64,000 nt of DNA, taken from NCBI GenBank assembly GCA_951406725.2, contig OX597830.1, forward strand, positions 70,370,001-70,434,000, read 5' to 3'. The notes below the pieces were generated by a model. The model was given only the letters and a program-made list of their open reading frames with translations. It searched no databases and was not told the DNA's origin. A program made the position numbers and the translations under genes. Below, in pieces: positions 31,037 through 45,467 of this stretch (within the stretch, counting starts at the first letter, position 1; each line of letters starts with the position of its first letter). This stretch comes from Octopus vulgaris. Lineage: Eukaryota.

Positions 31037-31472
31037 ATGTATGTATGTATGTATTTATATATGCATATACATGGATAAATATAGAGTATCTAAGAAATAC
31101 ATACACCCACACACATGTGTGTGTGTGTTTGTGTGTGTCTCTGTATGTGTTATGCGTGCGTATATATATTTATATATATTATGCATATATATATTTGTAT
31201 TATTGTTTGTGTTGGCAATAATAATATTCTTATTAATCAAATATTAATCAAATAAAAATGCTTTGTTATGATTTAACGGTTCCAGCACTAAATAATTCCT
31301 TGGGGTTAATTTTCACTTGTTCCGCACTTATATGGGTCTTGTATCTTGAATCTAGTTAAACGGAATGGCGTGTGAAAGTGCGCGAATGTGTATACGCGTA
31401 TTTGTGTGCGTGCGTGCATGCATATATGTATGTATATGTATATATGCATATATACATATACATATACATACA

Positions 31473-31530
<58 letters not shown>

Positions 31531-31599
31531 TATATACATATGTATTTGCAGCTATATGTCAGTGTAGGTATTTATATCATATATCGAAATACACATATT

Positions 31600-31695
<96 letters not shown>

Positions 31696-31764
31696 CTTAC
31701 TTTGGAATTGTATGGATAATAACGTACTAAATTCTGGTGCCTCAACTTAAGTACCATATTCATC

Positions 31765-31820
<56 letters not shown>

Positions 31821-32305
31821 TATACATATATGTGTATGTATATATATATATATGTTGTATATGTATATACCGGGAGATGTATGTGCATTTATGTATGCGT
31901 ATGCTGGTGTTTGTGTGTATTTGCATTAATATAAAAAGTGAAATAGCACAAACGGATCGAACGCTATAAGAAACGGACAGCTGGTCAACCCGAGAGCTAA
32001 CAACAGGTGGACAAAGGCTCAAGAACTGGTGGTGCCAGCCAGAAGCAATAGCCCGTTATCCTGGAATTAATCCGAAATACAGTCGCTTTCTCAGGGAACA
32101 TGCATATGAAATCTTATTGTCTCTTTTTGTATTGAGGGATTTTCCTTCCACATTTTAAAAGGAACCTATACACACACAAAATTACAGACACACAGACACA
32201 CACATACTCAGGAACGTAGGCAGGTAGATAAATAGTTAGACACATTTATCAAAATATAGTTATGTATATACATACATATAGTGTGTCCTTTACATATAAG
32301 CATTA

Positions 32306-32336
<31 letters not shown>

Positions 32337-32351
32337 CATATACATACATGC

Positions 32352-32405
<54 letters not shown>

Positions 32406-32600
32406 TTATATGTAAAAGTGTGTGTATGCGTTTAAGTATGTTTGTCTTATGTATTTGTGCAATTGGGCATACATATTAAAATATACACACATATTTTTCA
32501 AATTATATTTTCTTTTAAATCTTACTTGTTTCAGGTCATTTAACTGCAGCCATGCTGGGGTACCGCATTACGTGCGTGTATGTGTGCGTGCATGTCCCTG

Positions 32601-32716
<116 letters not shown>

Positions 32717-32742
32717 GTATATACATACATACATATATATAT

Positions 32743-32775
<33 letters not shown>

Positions 32776-33400
32776 CATTTAAATAATGAGGGAGATAAAT
32801 TGAATATTAATTTAATTAATATCAATTTAAAACCAGTAGCCTAGCATTAAAAAATCTGAAGAATCAGAGAAAATTCTAATACATGTGTATATTTAAAGGG
32901 CTAAAAACAAAAGAGAGAAACAAGGATAAGAAGGGTAACCAATAACAGTTTATGGAAGGCTTCGGCCAAAATGCCTAGTTGTATTTTCTGCTTTCAAATC
33001 CCACCGAGCCTAACATTTCTTGATAAAAATAAATACCAGTATCAATTAGGTATCGGTCATCGATTTAGTCGACTTAAAACCTGGAACTGGAGTTTATAAC
33101 GCATTCCGATGCTCTCTTGAAACTCTGAAAGGCAACACATAAATACCTAAGGTAGCATTGGGCAGTTTTATTATCTCTGGTCCTTAATTCTTTTGAACAG
33201 CACTTGCGCAGTTTTGGCGGGCTGTCTGCATAACAGATTTGCAGGTACTTACAGTTCCATACACCGGATTGATCCTGAGGTGGTCCGGAGGTGTGAATGT
33301 TCGGACATAACCATCCTCACCTCACAGTAGCAGTTTGGTAACACTGACTACTGTGTGAAGTTTTCTACGGGGGACATGAAATATACAAATACCTAAGGTA

Positions 33401-33493
<93 letters not shown>

Positions 33494-33618
33494 GTAGACA
33501 TACACATATATATTACAATATACATATAAGTTTTATAATATAGATGTATAATATAGAAACGCAAAATATATGCAAGAATCTGAATATATATATGTAGTAT
33601 ATATATGTATATATATAT

Positions 33619-33653
<35 letters not shown>

Positions 33654-33704
33654 CATATATATATAAATAAATATATATATATATGTCTATATGTATATAT
33701 ATAC

Positions 33705-33736
<32 letters not shown>

Positions 33737-33864
33737 GTCTATATGTATATATATACATACATATATCTGTGTGTGCGTGTGTGTGCATGTATATCTGTAA
33801 ACCCACAAAAACACACGCGTGCACACACACACACGCACAAACAATTACATATATATATACATAC

Positions 33865-33896
<32 letters not shown>

Positions 33897-33905
33897 GTAT
33901 ATATA

Positions 33906-33948
<43 letters not shown>

Positions 33949-34253
33949 GTATATATATATTTATATATACATACATATACATCACAACACATGTATAAAA
34001 ATTTTCGAGGGTAGAATGTGCCTTTTTTAATTAACATTTAACAACACGGCATTTGTAAATACAATGGCAGCATTATCCGAAATAAGGGGAGCAAAATGGA
34101 TAAAAACGGTCAGAAAGGGCAACGACCTTAGAAAGAAAAGTGAAAGGGTGATATTACATTAGTTTCGGTAGCATACAATAAAGCACTATTAATGAAATTA
34201 TATGTGTGTGCTTGTATATGTATGTATGCACGTATGTATGATGTATGTATAGT

Positions 34254-34296
<43 letters not shown>

Positions 34297-34590
34297 GTTT
34301 ATGTATATGGATGGGTGTGTATGCATCTCCGTGCATATAGAGACATACATATATACACAGGAATTCAAACGCATTCACACGTGCGTGCGAGTTTGTGCAT
34401 GCATATTCACTTTTGCATTTTGAAAACGCGTACAATAAATTCACACACAAACGTACACTATTTTCTACTTGCATTCAACCTACAAACTAACAAAAAAAAA
34501 ATCAAGGTTTAAATATAAGCGAGTGTATATATATATACATATAGTTCAAATTTGTAGAAAAGCAAAGACGAAGACAGGTGTAGGAGCATA

Positions 34591-34621
<31 letters not shown>

Positions 34622-34844
34622 TTATATGTTCCTAAATATATGTATATTATATATATATATATATATATTACTATGTACATGCTCCTATATATACATATAT
34701 ATATAGTGTATTTATAACTATTTGTGTTCTTGTATGATATACATGTTGAGCTTATCTATCATTTATTACGTTTATTTTTCAATGCTATCGCATCTTAAAG
34801 AGTATTATTAATTTGCACATACATGCATAGATACATACATGTAT

Positions 34845-34938
<94 letters not shown>

Positions 34939-35649
34939 ATATATTCATATATATGTGTTGTGTATATATGTGTGCATATACAAGTATACATATACATATA
35001 GATTTATGTATAAATAGTGGAAGAATGAGCAGATAAGTTGATTCTATTCATCTTTGGAAATATATATATGCATATACACACACACATATATATACATTTG
35101 TGTGTGTGTGCATTTATACATTGGAAAAATGAATAGAAAATATTTTTCTGATCATTTTTCCACTTTATTAATTACATGTTTACAAATCATAACCCCTAAT
35201 GATTTATAAACATTTAATTAATAAAGTGGAAATATTATCAGAAAAACCATTTCTATTCAAATTTTCAAATATATAATAATACTACTGCACCAAGGAAATT
35301 CTATTTCTGATTCTACATACATACATACATACATACATACATACATACATACATACATACATACATACATACATACATACATACATAAGTACATACATAC
35401 ATTTATATATGCATATACACACACACACACATATATTTTCATGTATGCTCTTATTCGACTATACCTATATTTAAAAACATGTGTGTATATATATATATAT
35501 ACATATAATTATGAGTTAGTTTCTTACTATGTATGTTGTTCGCTTCATTACATATAAGTATATATATATATATATATATTCATACATTCATACATGCATA
35601 CATACATACATATATATATATATATACATATATATACATATATATATGT

Positions 35650-35697
<48 letters not shown>

Positions 35698-35733
35698 GCA
35701 TCCAAACACACACACACACAAACACATACACAA

Positions 35734-35764
<31 letters not shown>

Positions 35765-36917
35765 TAAATGTATCTTCTTGAAATAACGTTTCGTGAACAT
35801 CCATCCTACACAGTAAAAAAAAGAAATAGACATTGTTGGGACTCATTTTATGTAGTTAAGCCCTGATCCTCTACTTCACCTGTGCCCTTAGGAATCCACT
35901 TTTGTGTGTGTGTTTTGTGTGTACGTTTGTGTGCGTGTACGTATACCCTACATAAATGGCTTTCGCATTATACGGTGTGCACGCACATGCATGCGTACAT
36001 ACGCGTACATAGACACACGTGAACGCACAGACACATGCAAAACACACACTCATATATATTAGTGATGCTTTTTATGCATCACACTGTGTATATATGTAAG
36101 TGATACCCTACATGTATGCATGTGCTACCCTGTACATGTTTAGTGTAAGGTCTCGCTCCTACAGCACTCCAGCGGACCTCATGTTTCCGTAGCGGTTGCC
36201 TCACCTGTCAAGTCACCCAACCAGTAAATCACACAACATATTGACTGACTGCTTAAGATGCAGTTACCCGGTTGACCCCCGAAACTATTTCGAACATGGG
36301 GCGCTTATTTAGATAATAAATGAGCGTTCTAGGTGAGTTCGTTGTTTAAACCCAGCAGTAATCAGATCTTCAGCGCGCTGATTGATATCCAAGAGCGTTC
36401 CACATGTGACTATCCATCCATAATTTTTTTGCTTGAGATATAATGTTTCCGTGTAATGTATTATGTAGTACTTCCATCCCTTGCTTTTCTTCCAGCAAGG
36501 GTGAGTAAGGAAGATTTGACTGTTATTTCTAGTGATTACTTTGTGCCTTCCTTATGTAAAATAAGATATATATTTCGCATAATGAGACGTCTTAGGTACA
36601 CTTAGACTTAAACATTTAATGATATACATATATGAATTATAGACAATTAGTTTTGCTTCGATGTGTATATATATATATATCTATATATTTATATAGATAT
36701 GCATAAACACACCCACACACCAACGCATATTTTCGTCCCTTTTATAGGGGTTCATCATGATAAATCCCTAAAAAGGGACGAAAATACTAGAAAGATAGCC
36801 AGTATCCAAATCCTGACAATCACCTGTTTCTTAATATATGGTGCTGGCCTGGTGCCAAAATTTGAGATCAATCACTATATAAACTGTACACGACTTCAAA
36901 CAATATATATATATATG

Positions 36918-36975
<58 letters not shown>

Positions 36976-37027
36976 TGTGTGTGTTTGTGTGTATGTTGGG
37001 TGACTCAATAGTTAGATAAATACATGC

Positions 37028-37142
<115 letters not shown>

Positions 37143-37236
37143 CAGATATGCATGTGTGTTTGTGCACAAACACCAACACATATTCATATAAGCGCAAATA
37201 TATGTATCTATCTATGTATGTATATGTTTATATATA

Positions 37237-37437
37237 CGAGGGTGTGTTGAAAAGTTCCTAGTTTTGGGTAAAAGAAAGTACAGGAAGATCAATTGATTAT
37301 GATTTATGCGACATATTCCCCTCTCAGATTCACACATTTATTGCGGCGGTGCTTCACTTTATCTAAGCGCTGTAAAGGAATTCAGAACCGGCCGTTCACG
37401 ACACCCTTAAAACCAGGAACTTTTCATCATCCTCTTG
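37237..37437. mobile_element. Mariner-type MITE
   Basis: ~29-bp imperfect terminal inverted repeats cgagggtgtgttgaaaagttcctagtttt / aaaaccaggaacttttcatcatcctcttg, flanked by TA on both sides. Confidence 0.8.
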
Positions 37438-37710
37438 TACATATATGTTATAACGTAAATTCGTCAACTGCCAGCAGCGGCTATTTTTCTTGCTAAAGTT
37501 TACCATGGGATACACCCAAAGATTTTTGGCATCACTGCATTAGTAAATTAAATTTGTTGGATACATGAGACAGGAGAAGCTGCTAGTCGTGTTTATTTCA
37601 GAAGCTCACGGTGGACAGTGTCTTTGGGTACATCCCAAATTAAACTTAAGCATATAGATATGTGTATAAATCAATATACACAGATATATATATATGGATA
37701 TATATACGTG

Positions 37711-37763
<53 letters not shown>

Positions 37764-37821
37764 TATATATGGATATATATATGCGTGTATGTATAAATAT
37801 ATATATAAAAAATTGTATGTA

Positions 37822-37856
<35 letters not shown>

Positions 37857-38056
37857 ATATATATATATATGCATACACATACACGCACATATATCTTATT
37901 CATTTAGGATATATATATATATGTATATATATTTTGCAAAGCAAATACAAAAACGAAACACACACATATATATATATATATATTTATATATATAAACATA
38001 TTAAACATTCTTTATATAATTTATATAAACGCTAAATATAATGCACGTATGCAGAT

Positions 38057-38106
<50 letters not shown>

Positions 38107-38119
38107 GTATGTATATATA

Positions 38120-38152
<33 letters not shown>

Positions 38153-38251
38153 ATATATATACATACATACACACATTTACATGTCACTAATGCTTTGCAA
38201 TACACACACACACATATATATAAATAGATAGATACAGACACACAACACGCA

Positions 38252-38295
<44 letters not shown>

Positions 38296-38461
38296 ACACA
38301 CATATACGCGGAGAACTTCATCGCCCTCCGCACGAACACACACATTCCCTTGCAGTAAATAGGATACGTATAACAGCATTACAGACAGTCGGTACAAATA
38401 AAATTTAATCATGTGCACTGGGTCGAATAGTTCAGTGAGACGGACACAGATTGTCTGACTG

Positions 38462-38517
<56 letters not shown>

Positions 38518-38625
38518 TGAATGACTGTGTGTCTGTATGTGTTTGTTGGAGTTTGTGGTGTGTGTTTGTGTGTGTGTGTGTGTGTATATACATATAAATG
38601 CTTATATACATACATGTACGCACAG

Positions 38626-38702
<77 letters not shown>

Positions 38703-39018
38703 CTTATGTATATATATAAGCTCGTGCAAATTTGATGATTCACGTACAGAGATACATGTGTATGTGTGTGTGTGCGTGTGTGTAAGTGTGCGTACATTTG
38801 TATATATATATATATACATACATATATTTATACACACGCATAAATATATATACATATACACAATATATATATACATATATACATACACACACACACACAC
38901 ACATATATATATGTTCGCAAATACACATACACACACACACACGTACATATCTATATATATATATGTTTATTTATATACATATACATGCATTCACAACACA
39001 AAGCGCGCACACACCCAA

Positions 39019-39058
<40 letters not shown>

Positions 39059-39211
39059 CACAAAACAGATGCATACACACAAATGTAAGGTATAAACTGC
39101 GAAGTTTCACATGTGATTGATAATGTGAACGTGTGTGCATGCCTGCATTTAACATAGAATTGTGGATATATTCATAATCACAATAGTTACAAAAAAAAAA
39201 AAAAATCCTAC

Positions 39212-39242
<31 letters not shown>

Positions 39243-39431
39243 GAAACTTTATTGGTATTTTTATATTTTTATTCTTGGTGTTTATACTTTTTTATTTTTA
39301 TTTTCGTTTTTTTTTTAAAAAAAATTTTGACATGTCATCCGCATTACGCTTCATTTCATACAAGGAGGATAGCAAGATACGTAACAAAGAGTTAAAATAG
39401 TCACTGATTAAATTTATGCCACACAGACACA

Positions 39432-39498
<67 letters not shown>

Positions 39499-40410
39499 AC
39501 ATACATTTACATACATACATACACATGGCCATATTTGCATGCTTTCACATGGATCTTCTTGACCATAACCTGCAGCGACTTTCTAATTTGCGATCGGGTT
39601 TCGAAATACTATTACCCTTTCTGTATATAATACAGAATCTATATTTATACAATTAGCTATATTCATTCGCCTGTCCATTACTTAGCACAAGCATAGGTAA
39701 ACTGTGGCCCGTGGGACTTTCTTAATGGCACGCCGAACGAAAAATTAACCTTAAGTTCTTTTGCCTTTTTAGTGGTGAGGCCCACTTGATGATGAACCAT
39801 GTTTCGCGTGGCCCGCTTCCTGAAAAAGCTTACCCCTGGTTTATCAAGGGCAACCCTTTTAAAGAAGTGGGACGTACTAAACATGGCCGGCCGCGTTTCA
39901 TTCAAAGTAATGAACAAAATGACGTAAGGCGAGATTTTTATCCGTTACTCGGTACCACTCGCCTTGCGGGGAAAACGACGTTTCCTCGGTTGGTATTGAA
40001 TCCTCCGTCGCCGTCGACGATGACCTTTCCTTGTTCGTTCGACTGGTTGACTTCCTACGTGTGATATTAACGCGTCAGTGGCTGAATACACCGTAGGCAA
40101 TTGCTTTGTAAATGTAAGACTGAATCCGAATGAGCATAACACATTGCGAGTTGCTGGATCTAAGTATTACATTTACAGTAGAAATTGGGCAAATAAAGTT
40201 TAACATACCTTATGGCATGTGATTAAAGCATTATCTAATTAAAATGAATTTAATACTAAATGAAGGGTCAGATAAATATATTTCATACTATAAAATAATT
40301 GGGACTGAAACAGCAGGGGTATATATTTATGTTCATACATGTACATATGCTTCAGAACGGAGTGTTATGTATATTGAGTTCTACTCCGAGTTCGCAACAC
40401 CTGAGCAAAA

Positions 40411-40642
40411 TACTGGTTTTAAATTTTGGCACAAGGCCAGCAAATTTTGGGGCGAGAGGATAAATCGATTACATCGACCCTAGTGCTCAAACTGGCACTT
40501 ATTTTATCGACCCCGCAAGGGATGAAAGGCAAAAAAAATCGACCTCGATGGAACTTGAACTTAGAACGTAACGTGAAGACGGACGAAATGCCAGTTAACA
40601 TTTTGTCTGCCGTCCTGCTAACGATTCTGCCAGCTCGCCGCC
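40411..40642 (-). mobile_element. Older family A SINE
   Basis: Reverse complement of the family A head (ctgccagctcgccgcc), central domain and older tail. Confidence 0.8.
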
Positions 40643-40782
40643 AAAGTGAAATATCAAAAACACATAAACACAAACACATACATACACACACACACACACA
40701 CACATACCAGTGTATGTATGTGCATATAAGTTTTTATGCGTACATATATATATGTATGTACATAAATATATATATATATGTA

Positions 40783-40835
<53 letters not shown>

Positions 40836-40878
40836 CAGAAATGCCAAAATTATGACAGAGGAATAAGGAATTATGTCG

Positions 40879-40925
<47 letters not shown>

Positions 40926-40928
40926 CAT

Positions 40929-40963
<35 letters not shown>

Positions 40964-41001
40964 CATACATATATACATACACATACATATGCATATACAT
41001 G

Positions 41002-41064
<63 letters not shown>

Positions 41065-41101
41065 ATGCCAAAATTATGACAGGGAAATAAGGAATTATGT
41101 C

Positions 41102-41147
<46 letters not shown>

Positions 41148-41554
41148 TAAATTGTTTAATTCTTGCACGCTCTATATTCTTTTATCAATCCCTCGTATTA
41201 TGCACATATTATGCACATATTACTCGAATGCCGTCGTACGTGCAATCGGTTTAATTCAACCGTAGCCATTCACACACGCCTTTGCAAACGAATGCCTTGT
41301 GTACGGACACACAAACACACATACACGCAGACATGCACACACGTACGAACGCACTTGTTCACAAAGAAATGAGCAACATATGAACAAACAAACAAACAAA
41401 AAACAAAAAAACAAAGGTAACTAACATAGAAATTCATAACCCAAACACATACACACACTCAGATACACACACACATACACACGCACATATAAAGATTCAT
41501 AATATAAGAATCTAATATCATTTAATTAAACATTTTCCACTGCGAACTGAGCGT

Positions 41555-42290
41555 CATTTGGCAGAATCATTAGAGCGTTTGAAAAATGATCTGCCATATT
41601 TGTTCCGGCTGTTTGCATTCTGAGTTCAAATCCCTCTAAGGTCAATTTTTACCATAATTTTTTTTCAGCATCGAGGAAAATAACATACCAGTCTAGTACT
41701 TGGGTCGATAATACCAACAAAAAAATCCCAAGAACTCAAAATTGCTGGCCTTCTGCGTAAATTAGAAACAATTATTATTTTTTCCCGGGTTTTTACTGAG
41801 TTCAGAACCCGCTGAAGTTAACTTTGTCCTCCATACTTTCGGACTCGATAGAATAAAGTATCGGCAAAGTACGGGGGTCTATGACAGGGCCGTTTTAGCT
41901 GCAGTATCGGCTTCCGGCAAATCGATGCACTGGTCCCTATAATATTTATTCCTTGACAGTAATCCACGGCTTACATAGATCAGAACTGGGCCATTAGGAC
42001 CCCGGGCTACCACCCAATCTGTCCATGACTTAAGACAGCACTACTCAACGGTTCTAACTAAATTCTGTTCCTCAAAATTGCTAGTCATGTGGGTAAATTA
42101 AAAGCAATTCTTATTTTCCAAGTTTTATATTTTGAGATCGAAACCGGCTGAGATCAATTTTGTATTTCGTTCTTACAAGGTTATTAAAAATAAAGTATTA
42201 GTCTTATATTAGTCGATTATTTCGACAATTACCCAACCAATCCCTTCCATTATTTTTCGACTATGTGCTTATGTTAGAAACATATTACTG
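41555..42290 (+). mobile_element. Nest of three or more decayed family A SINEs, one apparently interrupted by a short GC-richer insert (~41885-42043)
   Basis: Repeated tgagttca.a..cc.ct.a.gt.aa.ttt and aaaattgct.g.c.t.tg motifs. Confidence 0.55.
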
Positions 42291-42426
42291 TCATCATTAT
42301 CACTACCATATTATCACAAGCACCACAAAACCAATTCAAGCTTATTAGCAAGTGGGGACATCTAAGTGGTGAAGATAGCAACCAAATATCCCTTAAACCC
42401 TCACCGTATCGTATGCCCTGAAAATA

Positions 42427-42796
42427 TGGATGGAAGCACTCCGTCGGTTACGACGATGAGGGTTCCGGTTGATCCGAATCAACGGAACAGCCTGCTCGTG
42501 AAATTAACGTGTGAGTGGCTGAGCACTCCACAGACACGTGCACCCTTAACGTAGTTCTCGGGGATATTCAGCGTGACACAGAAAGTGACAAGGCCGGCCC
42601 CTTGAAATACAGGTACAACAGAAACAGGAAGTAAGAGTGGAGTGAGAGAAAGTTGAGGCGAAAGAGTACAACAGGGGTCGCCACCACCCCCTGCCGGTCG
42701 CTCAATAAACACACACAACGCCCGGTCTGGGAATCGAAACCACGATCCTCCGACCGCGAGTCCGTTGCCCTAACCACTGGGCCATTGCGCCTCCAC
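42427..42796 (-). mobile_element. SINE family C with a tRNA-derived head (likely tRNA-Arg type)
   Basis: Minus strand GGAGGCGCAATGGCCCAGTGGTTAGGGCAACGGACTCGCG...GGTTTCGATTCCC (A and B boxes); 12-bp TSD gccctgaaaata (42415-42426 / 42797-42808). Confidence 0.85.
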
Positions 42797-42895
42797 GCCC
42801 TGAAAATAATTAAGCCCATGTCGTGAGACGTAGTCACATATGATACTTTATGCTTGAATACTTGATGGGAATGTCTTTGAAGATAAAGTCTAACA

Positions 42896-43167
42896 CAGTG
42901 ATTCTAAACCATATTTCGTCTGTGGACCCTTTTCATTCCTATTTTATCCAGGTGGAACCCTCTCTCCGCCATAGCTATTCGATCTTTAAAGAATTCTTAT
43001 TGTAGTTTTACAATTAAATATTATTAGGAACTGCATAAACAAAATTGTTAGAATATTTTGTGTATTGTAGAAATATAACCCGATAATTGCACATAGATTT
43101 TAACGACAAAATCTTATAGGGACCCTCTCTCGCCAAGAGTCATATGAACTCCGGTCGAGAACCACTG
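42896..43167. mobile_element. hAT/Charlie-type MITE (old)
   Basis: Termini cagtgattctaaacc / ggtcgagaaccactg (CAGTGGTTCTCAACC-like); 8-bp TSD no longer conserved. Confidence 0.6.
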
Positions 43168-43614
43168 CTCAAAATGATCAGAACGAGCCTGGTGTTAAAT
43201 AACAACAACAACAACAACGACAATAATCATAATTGTTTTTGGCATTGCAGCTGTTTAGGTCCAGTAGACCGATGAACAAAAAATACATTCCAGCCGTGAC
43301 ATTACCGGCGAATTGAATATTTGTGACTGCTGTATTCTTCCATGTGGTCCCTTCTTTTTTAAGGCCATAGTGATTGATTCGAGGAAGATATGGCTGCCAT
43401 TTTTAATTGTAACAGAACAGGCGACTACATGGGGGTTTCCTACTTAGCAGTGGTACGGCTGTTAATGTTGTTGTTGTTGCTGTTATTATTGTTGTTGTTT
43501 AATCCTGAGATGAACTCAGACAGAGGAAAGTTATGATCAAATGTGTTCCAACCATAACCATCCTGTTTATTTAATTATTTACGTGTTTTTTTTCTGCACA
43601 TAAATAAAAGGAGC

Positions 43615-43970
43615 ATAAATGGCTGTCTAGTTAAGAAGCTTGTTTTAAAACCACGTGGTTTTGAGTTCAGGCCCACTGTGTGTCACCTTGGACAAGTGTC
43701 TTCTACTATAACCTCACGCCGACCAATGACTTGTGAGTGAATTTGGGAGACGGAAACTGTGACGAAGCCTGTCTTGTATACACGTGTGTGTGTGCGGTTG
43801 TCCCCACTAAACAACTTGAAAACCATTGTTGGCTTGTTTGTGTGCGCGTAACTTAGTAAATCGGCAAAAAGGATCCGACAGAATAAGCACCCACTAAACC
43901 CTTTAAAATGGTGCTCCAGCATGGCCACATTCCAATAACTGAAATAAGTAAAAGACAAAAGAGAAAAGAT
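43615..43970 (+). mobile_element. Decayed family B SINE
   Basis: caccttggacaagtgtcttctactata...gtgctccagcatggccac...ctgaaataagtaaaaga. Further partial copies at ~9640-9975(+), 10170-10320(-), 12070-12185(-), 16650-16790(+), 22029-22220(+) and 55625-55800(-). Confidence 0.75.
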
Positions 43971-44359
43971 ATACAATCCTATACAATATCTGTTATGCCC
44001 TGTTTTTCGCTTTTAATAACGGTCGTGTGTAATTTGAAGGACATTTTGCTGCTATTTCGGACACACGAGTTCTTGCCTCTTTTGAAGACGTTCATGTATT
44101 GTTGTTTTTTTGTGTATCTGCTTGCTTTTCTCCCTCTTTCTTTCTTTTTTTTTTATTTTTTTTTTTTTCACCAGCAAGCAAGAAACCATCCGACCGTCGA
44201 GCCAGCCAACTAACCAGCCAACAATTCATTCAGCCAAAAAGGGGCCACGACACATTGAACATTGAATATGGAAAGGGGTGAAATATATTTATGAGGCATA
44301 ACATAACTATTGTCATTTTACAATATCTTGTTTTTTTTCCTTCATATATATATATATAC

Positions 44360-44434
<75 letters not shown>

Positions 44435-44514
44435 TCCCGGGTTGATTCGGGGTTAACCACAGTAAGTAAGGTACTCAATACATAGCAGAGTAAAATTAAT
44501 TTATTATATAGAAG

Positions 44515-44567
44515 GAGCTTCTACAGGACTAGTACTGTTTCATTCAAGAGAAATCTTCAGGAAGCTC
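44515..44567 (-). ncRNA. Type I hammerhead ribozyme motif (mirror copy in the left palindrome arm)
   Basis: Exact reverse complement of 44574-44626. Confidence 0.7.
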
Positions 44568-44573
44568 AGAGAA

Positions 44574-44626
44574 GAGCTTCCTGAAGATTTCTCTTGAATG
44601 AAACAGTACTAGTCCTGTAGAAGCTC
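44574..44626 (+). ncRNA. Type I hammerhead ribozyme motif
   Basis: GAGCUUC-CUGAAGA-U UUC UCUU GAA U-GAAA-CAG UACUAGUC CUG-UA^GAAGCUC. Helix I is 7 bp (extendable with AGAA/UUCU over a 1-nt bulge), core CUGANGA and GAAA are intact, helix III is ACAG/CUGU with a palindromic ACUAGU loop, and the GUA triplet ends at 44619. Helix II is weak (U.U closing pair plus 3 bp). Confidence 0.7.
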
Positions 44627-44646
44627 CTTCTATATAATAAATTAAA

Positions 44647-44687
<41 letters not shown>

Positions 44688-45004
44688 GTGTGTGTATGTG
44701 TTTGTTTTGTGTGTGTGTCTGTGTGTGTATACAATTTTTTTTTTTATTTCAAATCATTTTACTATTTTAACCTGGTTGAATATCACCATGGCAACTACCA
44801 TTCTGGTATGTGTGCGGGTATGTGTGTATGTGTGCATGTGTGTATCTGTGTGTGAGTGTGTATGAGGTTGGCGAGAGGGAAGTAGGTTCGGTTGGCATCT
44901 AGTTAACGGATCCATACCATTCTTCTACTAATACGTCTAGACAGCAACCTGTCAATAATATAAGTGTATATATGTGTGTGTGTATATATATGTATATATA
45001 TATA

Positions 45005-45071
<67 letters not shown>

Positions 45072-45074
45072 ACG

Positions 45075-45105
<31 letters not shown>

Positions 45106-45368
45106 ATGTATTTGTACATATGTATGTATATGTATATATACATATACATGCTTATATGTATATATATACTTATATATGCTGTTTATCCATGCGAAACATT
45201 AAGCATTGCCTTCACAACTACCGAATTCCTTTTATCAGCTAAAAACGCACATGTAATATACATATATATTTCAAATATAAATGCACACATATACATGCAT
45301 ACATATTATAAATACATATATGCATACATTTATATATATATAGATATATGTGCATATACATATACATA

Positions 45369-45401
<33 letters not shown>

Positions 45402-45425
45402 TCGTGATAATGATGGCATACACAA

Positions 45426-45467
<42 letters not shown>

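Larger units (their letters stand above)
44430..44645. mobile_element. Penelope-like element terminal-repeat remnant with inverted partial repeat, inserted in (TA)n
   Basis: Perfect 72-bp arms (44496-44567 / 44574-44645, 6-nt spacer), each with an HHR followed by AATAAA. The left arm continues about 65 bp to a (TA)n tract and the right arm ends just before (TA)n. HHRs and inverted pseudo-LTRs are established Penelope-like element features. Confidence 0.55.

Noticed and set aside
36126-36134. TACCCTGTA, matching the miR-10 5' end
   Set aside because: Only 9 nt match; the rest of the mature sequence and the precursor hairpin are absent.
39786-40064. AYPWF resembling the Hox YPWM hexapeptide
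   Set aside because: Not YPWM, on the opposite strand to the gene, and no linked homeobox.
42720-42794. tRNA-like sequence
   Set aside because: No acceptor stem or terminator; it is the head of a TSD-flanked SINE.
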